A stretch of DNA of 63,431 nucleotides, the filler included, from Candidatus Woesearchaeota archaeon (lineage in GTDB: Archaea; Nanobdellota; Nanobdellia; Woesearchaeales; GCA-2687795), in the NCBI GenBank assembly GCA_030753365.1. It is 4 parts of 4 records of this genome, joined end to end, with 100 filler letters (N's around TTAATTAATTAA, not from the genome) between each part and the next. Parts side by side here need not be neighbours in the genome. Positions count along the whole stretch, not along the records: positions 24,930 to 51,649 come from JASMCJ010000022.1; positions 51,750 to 57,459 come from JASMCJ010000023.1; positions 57,560 to 63,431 come from JASMCJ010000025.1; 1 more part is not named here. The stretch is one strand, 5' to 3'. Shown here piece by piece: positions 49,570 to 59,746 of the stretch. The stretch's first letter is position 1. The number at the start of each line of letters is the position of its first letter. The translations under genes were made by a program, and so were the position numbers. The notes below the pieces were generated by a model. That model ran no database searches, was not told where the DNA came from, and was given only the letters and a program-made list of their open reading frames with translations.

Positions 49570-50166
49570 ATGAAAATCCTTGCACTAGTTGACCTCCACA
49601 GCTCATTAAAAGCTTTGGAAGTCATAACCAAGAAAGTCAAGAAAGAAAAGCCTGATGCAATAGCCTGCGCAGGAGATTTAACAATATTTGAGCAGGGCAT
49701 GAAATACATCCTCTTTGAGCTCAGTAAGCTGAAAATACCCTGCTTTATAATACATGGCAACCATGAAACTGAAGATGACATGAGAAATGTATGCAAAATG
49801 TTCCCAAACCTTATCTTTCTGCACAAAAAAAGCCATGTAGTTGATGATACTATATTCTTAGGCTATGGCGGAGGCGGCTTCTCAACAGAAGACAAAGGCT
49901 TTGAGAAAGCTGCAAAACAGTTTGAAACAAAGCTAAAGCCTTACAAAGAAAGAGTATTAATAACCCATGCTCCCCCATACAACACAAGACTTGACAAAAT
50001 CATGGAAAAGCATTGCGGCAGTAAGCCTATAAGGAAGTTTATTGACAAAAACAAAATAACCTTAAATGTCTGCGGCCATCTTCATGAGAATGCTGAAAAA
50101 GAAGATAAAATCAAGGATACAAGAGTAATTAATCCGGGTCCTTTGGGCAAGATGATAACTATTTAA
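49570..50166 (+). CDS. Icc-related metallophosphoesterase
   Basis: DLH, GD, GNHE, THAPP and GHLHE motifs. Confidence 0.9.
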   Translation: MKILALVDLHSSLKALEVITKKVKKEKPDAIACAGDLTIFEQGMKYILFELSKLKIPCFIIHGNHETEDDMRNVCKMFPNLIFLHKKSHVVDDTIFLGYGGGGFSTEDKGFEKAAKQFETKLKPYKERVLITHAPPYNTRLDKIMEKHCGSKPIRKFIDKNKITLNVCGHLHENAEKEDKIKDTRVINPGPLGKMITI

Positions 50167-50198
50167 CACTTGTCACTCTTTCTGCTTTAACTTATAAC

Positions 50199-50885
50199 TC
50201 AATACAATCTATGCTTACCTTCTATAATCTTCATCATATCCTCAGCATGTCCTGCTCCCACCACTGCAAGAATCTTCTTATCAGGATGCTCTTTCATAAT
50301 CTTAAAAAGGTTAACAGCCATTATCTTATTCCTTTCAGTAACCAGCACTCTGTAAAGGTTAGGATACCTCACCTTAACCTCTTTCATCATCTTCTTAATA
50401 ACCTGCTCATCAGGCACCTTGCTCAAATCAAACTGAACAACATTCTTCCTAAAGAAAATCCCCTTAAATATATCAGCAACAATATGCCATTTCTCTCTCC
50501 ATGTAAAACTCTTTGAAAACTTCTTCAATGTAACTTCAATGTCCTGGTCAATAAGCGCAATCTGAAGATTGTTCTTCTTTGCAAGCTTTATCGCCTTCTT
50601 CATATCAGAGCCTGGCACAACTCCAACAATCTTTCCCAGCTTCTTCTGCACATAACCGCCAATCAAAGAAAACAGATAACCTTTAACACCTATTCTCCTA
50701 ATATCCCTTAATCTTATTCTATCTTTCTTCCCCTTCTTCTTATGCATTAAAGCAATAAACCTTCTTCTGTCAAGCTCAATCGCTATAATATCAGGCTTAT
50801 TGTTTGAAACAGCCTCCTCTACTTCACGCATGCTCTGCTTAGCAATATGCGATGTTCCAACAATTATAAGGTTTTTAAACTTCAT
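50199..50885 (-). CDS. TraB/PrgY-family protein
   Basis: GTSHI, IELDRRR, PGSDM, ERNKIM and VVGAGH. Confidence 0.9.
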   Translation of the reverse strand: MKFKNLIIVGTSHIAKQSMREVEEAVSNNKPDIIAIELDRRRFIALMHKKKGKKDRIRLRDIRRIGVKGYLFSLIGGYVQKKLGKIVGVVPGSDMKKAIKLAKKNNLQIALIDQDIEVTLKKFSKSFTWREKWHIVADIFKGIFFRKNVVQFDLSKVPDEQVIKKMMKEVKVRYPNLYRVLVTERNKIMAVNLFKIMKEHPDKKILAVVGAGHAEDMMKIIEGKHRLY

Positions 50886-50999
50886 ACCAATAACAAAAAT
50901 AAAGAGCTATATAAATTTATAGAAAACTTATACAAAAAAATCAGATTAAAAAACATTTATATACTTCGAGATTTTGCTAAATCGTAAAAGAGGCATAAA

Positions 51000-51649
51000 A
51001 TGAACGAGCTCAGAAAAGATTACATCCTCAACAGATGGGTAATTATTGCTGAGGACAGGAAAAAGAGGCCAAGAGAGTTCAAGAAAGAAGAATCAAAAAA
51101 AATAAGCAAGACATGCTACTTCTGTCCGGGAAATGAAAAATTAACTCCAAAAGAAACCGGTAGATTGGAATATAAAGACGGCTGGAAGGTCAGATGGTTC
51201 CCTAATATGTTCCCTTTTGTAACATTAGATTGTAAAAAGCCTAAGTCAACCAGATCACTTAAGAAAAACTGCGCTTACGGTTATCATGAAGTTATTGTTG
51301 AAACCACTGACCACAGCAAACAGCTCTCTGACTTATCAGAAGATGACATAAGAAACATCTTAATGGTCTATGCAATAAGAATCAAAGAATTATCAGAAGA
51401 AAAGAATGTAAAATATGTGCTTATCTTCAAAAATCATGGAAGAGAAGCCGGCACTTCATTAATCCATTCACACACTCAGCTTTCAACGCTTGATATGATA
51501 CCATCTCCAATAAAAGAAAAGATGGACGCTGTAAAAAAACAGAAAACCTGCCCTTACTGCTCAATCATTGAAAAAGAATCAGAATCAAAAAGAAAGATTC
51601 TTGAAAATGATGACTTTATCGCTTTCGCGCCATTCGCTTCAAGATTCAA
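51000..51649 (+). CDS. galT: Galactose-1-phosphate uridylyltransferase family (3' truncated)
   Basis: ELRKD, CYFCPGNE, GYHEVIVE and AGTSLIHSHTQ. Confidence 0.88.
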
Positions 51650-51749
51650 NNNNNNNNNNNNNNNNNNNNNNNNNNNNNNNNNNNNNNNNNNNNTTAATTA
51701 ATTAANNNNNNNNNNNNNNNNNNNNNNNNNNNNNNNNNNNNNNNNNNNN
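51650..51749. other. Artificial contig linker
   Basis: N run with TTAATTAATTAA. Confidence 0.99.
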
Positions 51750-53710
51750 ATGCAATCTGTTCTTGAAGCTCCAGGACATTGGCTTGAACAATCATCACAG
51801 CCAGGCCCCATCTCTTCAACATCTCTCATATGCTTATCACAAGCCTCTTTAGATACAGCGCCAATCTTTTTACAATCTTCAGGCAGGAAATCATATTCTT
51901 CACGTTCTCTCCTTTCCTTATCAAGTTCTTCTTGTTTCTGTTCTTCCAACTTAGGCCATTCTTCTCTCATAAAAGTCTCACAGTCAGGGCCCCAGTGTAT
52001 CATATGTTCTTTGCATTGCCAGGTAATCTCTCCTTCACCATCTTTGAACTTGTCTCCAATACCATAACGATTCCCTGTATCTCCAACTGCATTTTCAAAG
52101 CATTTCAACCTTTCATCAGAATTTTCCAGGCTCATACAATCCCTTCCAGGAGGACCCATATCTCTAGGGCCTCTCCCCATGGAACCATCTACCATTTGAC
52201 CTTCAAAATCATCTTCCCTCAGATTATCCATAAAGTTTGCACATTCCTCAGGGTCACTTATCCCTTTTTCTACACATTTAGGGGCATGTTTCTCCATCAT
52301 TATTCTATCACAGATTTCTCTTCCTTCACTTTCACTATTTGTGTTAGCTTCTAACAATGCCTCCCTGCATTCAAGAGGAGCATGTTCCTTAATCATGATT
52401 CTTCCACATTCTTTTGGGCTTGTAGCTCCTGCTTCTACGCACTCTCTTGGCATATGCATATCATATTTTGCTTCAGAAACATCTCCCTCCAGCTCATCAA
52501 AAACATCCTGCAGATAATCAGGTAATCTAGGCATATCTAAGCTGCCTAACTCATCACATGCTCCTTCATCACCACTATCACACGCAGCAGCTAAAGGAGC
52601 TGCCTTAGAACAGGCAACTGAAAAGTCATAGAATGATATATCATCACAAGCGCAATCTCTCCCAGAAGTTTTAAAACATTGGCCCATTATCCTCCCAAAC
52701 TTCTTCGCCTCTTCTTTCTGCTCTTTAGTTAATTCTTGATCAAGTTCCTTCTGCCATTTAGGAGACTCATCATCTGATCTACAAATCTCCTTATACTTTT
52801 CAGGGTCTAATTCTGAAAGTGATTGGCACAATTCTTTTATTTTGCTGGATATTTCCACTGCTGTAACAATATTCCTTTCACTACCTATAATCACATCAGC
52901 AAAATCCTCAACAAACACTTCTCTTTCCTCAGGTGCCATTCTTTCTTCTACACCACGCAATATTCTTCGAATGCCAGCTGCTTCTCTCCTGGCCATATCT
53001 CTATCCTCAGGCCGCGCATTTTTCATAAATTTTTCAACACGTTCCTGATACTTCTTTAAAGCAACCTCTGCAGCATCATATTTCCCTTTTTCAATCATAG
53101 TTTTTATTTCTGCTATCTTTTCCTCTCTGCTTTCTCCAAAAAGATTAGCAAGCATTTCATCAATAAAATAAAATGGGCTATCCGGGCCTATTCCGCCAGT
53201 GCCAACATTTTTGATTTTATCCAATTCATCTTCTGTAAGATCCTCTTCAATATCATCAAAGAAATCATCATCTTCTATTTTCACTTCTTCAGGCACTATA
53301 GGATTTTCATCTTCAAAGCCTACAACCACACATTTACCATCATCAACACCACAAACAGGTTCCCCCTTAGTTGGAGGAAGACACATTGCTGAAGACACGA
53401 AATCAACTGACCCGCAGCCATCTCCGCAAGGCAAGCAGAATAATTCATCTCCTTTCCCAAAATCATCACCAACATCAAAATCTGCTTTACAACCTCTTAT
53501 ACATTTACTTCTACACTCTTCACCTTCATTAGCACATACTACTTCTTTACAATTAATAACACAAGCATCTAATTTAGTATAATCCGTATTGTCAACGAAT
53601 GGCCTATCAGAATTATCATTAAAGCTTTGCGCAATAACCAAACTAGAAAACACAAACATAATCAAAAATACAGAAATCAAGACCACCAATTTTTTTTTTG
53701 TAATTGTCAT
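51750..53710 (-). CDS. Secreted Cys-rich acidic helical protein (3' truncated)
   Basis: Signal peptide, GIGPDSPFYFID motif, many C-x(7-9)-C helical units; GAGGGGTG RBS. Confidence 0.78.
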
Positions 53711-53826
53711 AAAGCACCCCTCTTTTTTTTATTTTTTATGATTGTTATACCATAGCAGTACCCATAATAGTATACTAATATCCCCTTATTTGCAGAACAA
53801 GTATTTAAACTTTCTTAAAATCCAAA

Positions 53827-54114
53827 TTACTTCAACTTCATTGTTATAAATCCACCGACGAGAATCGCTGTTCCCAGGCCAAGAAAGAAATAACTCAGAT
53901 AAACGTCAGACATAACTCCTTTGCATTCCATAACCAATTTATTATTTTCCTGCAGCTCTTTAGCACTCTCAGGAGTGTCATCAAGAGAAACCACTTCCAC
54001 AACATCCTTACAAGTTATATAAGAACCATAAAGCCCTGATAAAAAAGAAAGCATTAATGTTAGAACAATCACAACTCCTCCAAACATAATAATATACTTT
54101 TTAATCTTAATCAC
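53827..54114 (-). CDS. Small two-TM membrane protein
   Basis: Two hydrophobic helices with a Cys pair in the loop; GTG overlaps the upstream stop. Confidence 0.65.
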   Translation of the reverse strand: MIKIKKYIIMFGGVVIVLTLMLSFLSGLYGSYITCKDVVEVVSLDDTPESAKELQENNKLVMECKGVMSDVYLSYFFLGLGTAILVGGFITMKLK

Positions 54115-54488
54115 CTCTTAACTATTTCAACAATCTCTTTCTTAATTTCTTCAATATCACATTCCAAAGGAATCCCAATAATCACCAATTCTTTCAACTC
54201 TCCTAACTCCTTAAGCGACTTAACAAAAAAATCAATATTAATATCATGCATAGAATAAACTCTTTGCTTTTTTAATGTTTCTATATCTTTTATCACTTCC
54301 ACTTTTTCTATATCTTTCACAACTTCAACAATATATATTGTCTCATAATTTTGAAACTTAAACAAATCGCCAGGATCATAACATCTCATACTATCAAAAC
54401 CTTCAATTTCCAACTCTTCAGAAAGCTTAATAGCAGGATTATTTTCTTTATGAAACTCATTCCCAAAAGTTAATATTAAATATTTCAT
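54111..54488 (-). CDS. Hydrogenase maturation protease-like (HycI fold), degenerate
   Basis: LTFGNE, YSMHDI and IIGIP motifs. Confidence 0.6.
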   Translation of the reverse strand: MKYLILTFGNEFHKENNPAIKLSEELEIEGFDSMRCYDPGDLFKFQNYETIYIVEVVKDIEKVEVIKDIETLKKQRVYSMHDINIDFFVKSLKELGELKELVIIGIPLECDIEEIKKEIVEIVKR

Positions 54489-54599
54489 TTGTTTTGGATA
54501 CCCCTCCGCTTGTAGTGAATAGGTATTCTAACCTCATTTGTTTTGTGGTGGAGTATTCACAACACTAAAAATGCCACACACATTTGAGTAGTTGGGATT
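54485..54599 (-). repeat. Two degenerate copies of the AATCCCA...GGGGTAT repeat family between polB and the next gene
   Basis: Minus strand: AATCCCAACTACTCAAATGTGTGTGGCATTTTTAGT ... AATACCTATTCACTACAAGCGGAGGGGTATCCAAAACAAATGA. Confidence 0.65.
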
Positions 54600-54600
54600 T

Positions 54601-57069
54601 TTATTTAAAAAAGCTCTCCAGCTTGCTCTGCTCATTCTCAACAATATCATCCTTCTCATACCCTAACACTTCAAATATCTTCTCAACTGAAGGAAGCACC
54701 TGATTATTGATATAATACTCTGCATCATATTCATCCTCCTCAATCTCATCCGGCATCCTTGCCCTTTCACTTATTTTTTCCTTACCAGATTTAATCACAT
54801 ATCTTACCAAAACACCAGGCCCAACAGGCAGTTTCTTCTTCTCCATCCTTAAAGCCACCGCAACGTGAGGAGACACATTATCATATTCATCAATATCTTT
54901 AGTAAGCTGTGTCTGTATCACAACCTTATCCATTTCAATCTTTTTATTCTTAAGCTTTAATATAACAGTTTTCACATATTTAAGAGCCTTTTCATTATTC
55001 TCTTCCTTCAGCACTATCTCAAACACCTTTGACTGCACCTCTTTGGCAATAGCGCTAATATTCCTTCTAACACTCTCAAACCCTTTTACTTTAATATCTC
55101 CTTTCTCAGACAGCAATGCATACTTCTTCTTAGCGCCAAAACTGCTCATCTTAGCAGAAACAAACAACCCTCTAGGATAAAGCCCTTCATACTCAAGTTC
55201 CATCAGTTCAGGCAGTTCAAGATTAATCTTCTCAGCAAAATGCTCCACGTTCTTCTTACTCTTGCCCTTCATAGTAAGAAAAATGCTATCAGTATCAGAA
55301 TAAACAACATTAAACCCTTCCTCTTTTGCATCATCTATTACCATGTTTATATACTTCCTGCCATACGCAGTAACAGACTTAGCACACTCAAGACTATACC
55401 ATCTCGCAGCAAAAAAACCATAATAGCCATACATACTATTAGCCAACAATTTAAGGCCTGCTGACCTTGCTTCAAGAACAGGATTACTCTTTTTCTCCTT
55501 CTTTATAATCTCCTTTATCCTTGTCCTTCTTGTTATAATATCTTCAATAACATAAGGTATAAACCCTTTCTTCTTCTTGCAGAACCAATAACTCTCATCA
55601 TCAACCTCAATAACTTCACTCTTATCCCTACAGCAATCACAGTTCAACGTATCAGGCGATATATTATGCGAACTAATAATAGTGGGATAAAGGCTCTTAT
55701 AATCATAAATCACTATATCTTTATACAATCCAGGCTTAGGTTCATAAACAAACGCGCCTTTAAAACTAGCACTTTTCCTTTGCCTAATCTCATCATTATG
55801 CGGCTTATTAGGGCACAAAATATCAAAGCCAACGCTCTGCCTTATAAGATGCCATTCAACCAATTGAGAAAAGCTCATTCTATTAATATCAAACATCGGC
55901 AAGCCAACAATTTTCACAAGCTCTATAATGTTAGGCAGCAATTTCATGCAAAGCTTGTAAGTAAGCAATGAATCCCTAAGATTATAATCGCAATATCTCT
56001 CCAACTCTTTAGCAATATCCTTAGCGCTACTCTTAACTCCCTCCTTTCCTTTGCCGTCCCATACATTTGCAAGATTCTCAATATCAACCTCCTGCTTCTT
56101 CTCCCCCAACAACTCAGAAGCAACAGAATCAAGACTATAAGACTTAATATCAAAAGACCTCCCCATCACTTTAAGCATAAACTTAAAGATATCAACATGA
56201 ATAATTCCATTAACCTTCACCTTATCCCTAAGCAGTTCCACTCCAGAATTATCAACCCCAATATTCAGCCTAACCTTACATTTCTCAGCCCTTTTTTTCA
56301 AATAAGGAAAATCAAACCCATCAGAAAAATACCCAGAAAGAATATCAGGCTTAAGCTCCTCCACAATCTCCACAAACCTTTTGATTAATTCAGCCTCCCC
56401 TTCAACAAACTCAATATTCTTATTGCTTGTCTTAAACTTCTTCCATGTGATTACCTTTTCAAAGTCCTTGCCATACAAGCTCAACATAACAACAGGATAC
56501 TTCTCAGGAACAAAACTCTTCCCCAACGGATTATAAACCTCTATATCAAACGCAAGCACATTAAGTTCATCCAGAAACTCATCTCCTTTACGATTAATCC
56601 TCTCTGCCTTGAACACAGGAACCTTAAAATTTGATTCAACAAAATCTCCTTTAGCTTCCAGCATGCTCAAAGGATAAATATTCTTATCAATAAGATATCT
56701 GTTCACATACAATATATCATACTCATTTACAGACCTAACAGATTCCAGCTCTTTCAGCTCATTCCTAATCACAGGAATATTCTTTGGCAGTCTTGCAAAC
56801 ACTTTCACTGCATCAATACTCTCTCCAAGATAATTCCTCTTAATAACCTCATAGCTTACAATAAGGTTTTCATTTTTCATGCCATCAAGTTCTTCCTTCA
56901 CCTTCTCCATTTCATCATCTTCAGGAACAACCCATAAGTAAGGCTTAAAGCTATCATCAATAACGCAGACCTGCTTCTTATCCAATGTTCTACCGAATAA
57001 GTAAACCACCGGCCTGCCTTCTGCTACTTTATAGCTTATATCCAATAGAAAAAACTTCAGTTTTGCCAT
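54601..57069 (-). CDS. polB: Family B DNA polymerase with intact exonuclease and polymerase motifs
   Basis: FDIE, FDFPYL, YNLRD, DYKSLYP, KLLANSMYG, YSDTDS and KKKY. Confidence 0.95.
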   Translation of the reverse strand: MAKLKFFLLDISYKVAEGRPVVYLFGRTLDKKQVCVIDDSFKPYLWVVPEDDEMEKVKEELDGMKNENLIVSYEVIKRNYLGESIDAVKVFARLPKNIPVIRNELKELESVRSVNEYDILYVNRYLIDKNIYPLSMLEAKGDFVESNFKVPVFKAERINRKGDEFLDELNVLAFDIEVYNPLGKSFVPEKYPVVMLSLYGKDFEKVITWKKFKTSNKNIEFVEGEAELIKRFVEIVEELKPDILSGYFSDGFDFPYLKKRAEKCKVRLNIGVDNSGVELLRDKVKVNGIIHVDIFKFMLKVMGRSFDIKSYSLDSVASELLGEKKQEVDIENLANVWDGKGKEGVKSSAKDIAKELERYCDYNLRDSLLTYKLCMKLLPNIIELVKIVGLPMFDINRMSFSQLVEWHLIRQSVGFDILCPNKPHNDEIRQRKSASFKGAFVYEPKPGLYKDIVIYDYKSLYPTIISSHNISPDTLNCDCCRDKSEVIEVDDESYWFCKKKKGFIPYVIEDIITRRTRIKEIIKKEKKSNPVLEARSAGLKLLANSMYGYYGFFAARWYSLECAKSVTAYGRKYINMVIDDAKEEGFNVVYSDTDSIFLTMKGKSKKNVEHFAEKINLELPELMELEYEGLYPRGLFVSAKMSSFGAKKKYALLSEKGDIKVKGFESVRRNISAIAKEVQSKVFEIVLKEENNEKALKYVKTVILKLKNKKIEMDKVVIQTQLTKDIDEYDNVSPHVAVALRMEKKKLPVGPGVLVRYVIKSGKEKISERARMPDEIEEDEYDAEYYINNQVLPSVEKIFEVLGYEKDDIVENEQSKLESFFK

Positions 57070-57146
57070 AATATAGAGGTGATGAATTTAGCTATATAAA
57101 GATTATGCAGAATTAGGGTGATTTAAGCTATTTAAAACACATTTAA

Positions 57147-57401
57147 CTACTGTTTAAACTCACTATGACCCCATTGTACCAATAAATCAACTCCTAGTTT
57201 ATCCAGGCCTAAAGGAACATCGCAAGCTCCGAAACATGAGCCAATCCAGATAATAACATCTGCCTTTGTCTTGCCTTCTAGCTCTTCCTGAATCTTATTT
57301 GCTTTAGGCTTTAAGCCGTCAGGCAGCTGAATACAAACAAATTTAGCTCTTTTCTTCTTAATTTCCCTTATTGCTCTATCTATATCTAAGTCAAAGTACA
57401 T
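57147..57401 (-). CDS. dph2: Stand-alone N-terminal domain of diphthamide synthase Dph2
   Basis: IQLPDGLK, CFGACD and WGHS; only 84 aa with its own stop codon. Confidence 0.8.
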   Translation of the reverse strand: MYFDLDIDRAIREIKKKRAKFVCIQLPDGLKPKANKIQEELEGKTKADVIIWIGSCFGACDVPLGLDKLGVDLLVQWGHSEFKQ

Positions 57402-57459
57402 AATATAAGAAAGAATAAGTCAATATAAAAAAGTATTCATTTCTATTAGATGTTTGTTT

Positions 57460-57559
57460 NNNNNNNNNNNNNNNNNNNNNNNNNNNNNNNNNNNNNNNNN
57501 NNNTTAATTAATTAANNNNNNNNNNNNNNNNNNNNNNNNNNNNNNNNNNNNNNNNNNNN
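57460..57559. other. Artificial contig linker
   Basis: N run with TTAATTAATTAA. Confidence 0.99.
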
Positions 57560-58609
57560 TCTTAAATATTCATTTAAATATGGAATAAAATCTGTCTTAC
57601 TCATTCTAGATGAATTTATAGAATCAATACTTGAAAGTATCTTTCTCTTTTTTTCTGAAAAAAAGTTTATTTTATCTTTAAATTGTTTAATAGATTGATA
57701 TCCACAAATTTGTAGTTTATTACACCCATTCCTCTTATCTTTGTAAGGATTGATTGTAACAATCCCGAAATTTAGAAGTACAACTTTTAATTGGTCTATG
57801 AGAGTTGAACTCTTCGAATCATAAGTAAGAACTATACTTTTCCCATCATGTCTTTTGTCAGTTTTATATTGAACAGAACCATCCCCTTCAAACAATCCTT
57901 GTAAGAATGAACTCAAAACTTTTTTCGAAGATAACAAAACAGAAAAAGGAATTTCCTTCTTTTCAGACTTCTCTTCTTTTAACCCAATATTCTTTAAGAA
58001 ATCTACAATTTGTGTATGATATAAGTCTAATTCTAAACAATTTCCAGTTATCCTTCGTTCATATAACTGAACGCCTTTAAATAAATCATAAATAGCTTCT
58101 TTAACATTATTATAAAAGTTCATATCAGAATTATTAAATATTATTTTACCTTGATGGAAAGAGTCCTCAGATACAAGGGCTCCGAGCAAGAAAGCCAATT
58201 TCTTATTCATTTTATTTGGCAGATCAAATTTCTTAGCTCTATTTCTTAATTTTGGAAAATATTTTCTCAAATCCAAATCACTCTTCGAAAATAAAGATGT
58301 GTTCCTATTCAAGATTACAATGTCCTTTTCACTAATATCCTTTAGTAATTTCCACTGAATTCCTGGAATTCCATCCTTAATATTCCAGCACATCAATGGA
58401 TGATTATACGATCCTTTGATTTTATATCCTAATGCAGTTTTAACCTCAATAATATTGTGCTTACCTGAATTAAAGAACTTAGAAGCTAAGTTTTTTTTGC
58501 CATTGTAGGATAATATTTCCATTTTAAGATTAGCCTCTTTCTTTGTGGAAATAGTTCCTACAGGCAAAATACCTCTATTAGTTAATATTAATGAATCTCC
58601 TGTAATACA
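57560..58609 (-). mobile_element. LAGLIDADG-containing intein directly after the GyrA catalytic Tyr (truncated by contig end)
   Basis: RY|CITGDS, block [18 protein letters not shown] and [11 protein letters not shown]. Confidence 0.9.
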
Positions 58610-59527
58610 ATATCTTGATGCTGCGGCGGAGTCCCCGTCTACTGAATTGTGCACAAAAACTCCAGAAGCCAATGCAAAGTTATGGGTATTATCAATTGTG
58701 AGGTCATAAACATCTTGACTTTCATTTAAGAAAATAGTATCCCTTACTTTATGATTTAATTTTAAAGGCATCAAAGAATCTCCTGATTTGAGTTCTTTAG
58801 CTTCTTTATATATCCCATCTCTTAACATAAACTTATGATTTAAAGTACACTTTATTTCGTTATCATTGTCCAAAACAATTTTTAGAATCCTTTGAGTTTT
58901 TTTTGTAAGCCTAGGGTTCTTTATTTCAGCTATGTCTATATCTCTCTTTTCATTAATAGTATAAGTATAATTTTTCTTATCCTTTTTGCTTTCCTTGATT
59001 AATTCATCAAAACTTAAGTTTCGCCCATCAGTTAAGGCAATTTTTGTATCTTTTGTAAAACATCCAAAATTTCCCTGTCCATCAACTAATGGATACCTAA
59101 GAGAAAAATCCTGGGCCATTCTCACCAAAGTATCATAAATAGCCATATCCCCATGAGGGTGATACCTTGCCATGCAATTACCAACAACATTAGCAGACTT
59201 CCTAAACGGCTTATTATGTGCCAAGCCAACTTCATGCATAGTAAAAAGAACTCTTCTATGAACAGGCTTCAACCCATCCCTAACATCAGGCAATGCTCTG
59301 CCAACTATCACGCTCATGCTATAATCAAGATAAGACTTCTTCATCTCAGTATCTATAGGTCTAAGAATAATCTTTTCTTTCGGCCCTTCTTCAGACTTTT
59401 TCTCAGGCCCTTGTTTAGAAGTTTTTTCTTCAGAACTTTTATTAATCTCTTCCTTAGGACTTTCGTCAGGCTTCTCATTTGATTCTTCCCTTGTTACTGG
59501 TTCCTTTGGTGTGTCTTCTTCAGCCAT
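57560..59527 (-). CDS. gyrA: DNA gyrase subunit A N-terminus with two inteins (3' truncated)
   Basis: [52 protein letters not shown]. Confidence 0.95.
58646..59062 (-). mobile_element. 139-aa mini-intein in GyrA (after GNFG)
   Basis: Starts CFTKDT, block B CTLNHKF, ends VYDLTI...VFVHN followed by Ser+1. Confidence 0.93.
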
Positions 59528-59746
59528 TTTATAAAGAATTTAGTACTCTATCTCACATAATTCTAGATTCTACTATACAATAAGGAATATTCCATTCTTT
59601 ATAAGTATTGTGGTTGTAAAATGACAGTATAGACGCTGTAACCCTAAAATATCGACGTTTCAGCAGTTAAAATTTAAAGGATTAAAGGGCTGTAAAGTAG
59701 GTTAATTAAAACAAATTATTTATACTACTCGGGAAAGAGAAATTTT

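Noticed and set aside
59529..59604. 11-bp inverted repeat TTATAAAGAAT/ATTCTTTATAA upstream of gyrA
   Set aside because: Almost all A/T and overlapping a likely TATA box; plausible by chance in AT-rich intergenic DNA
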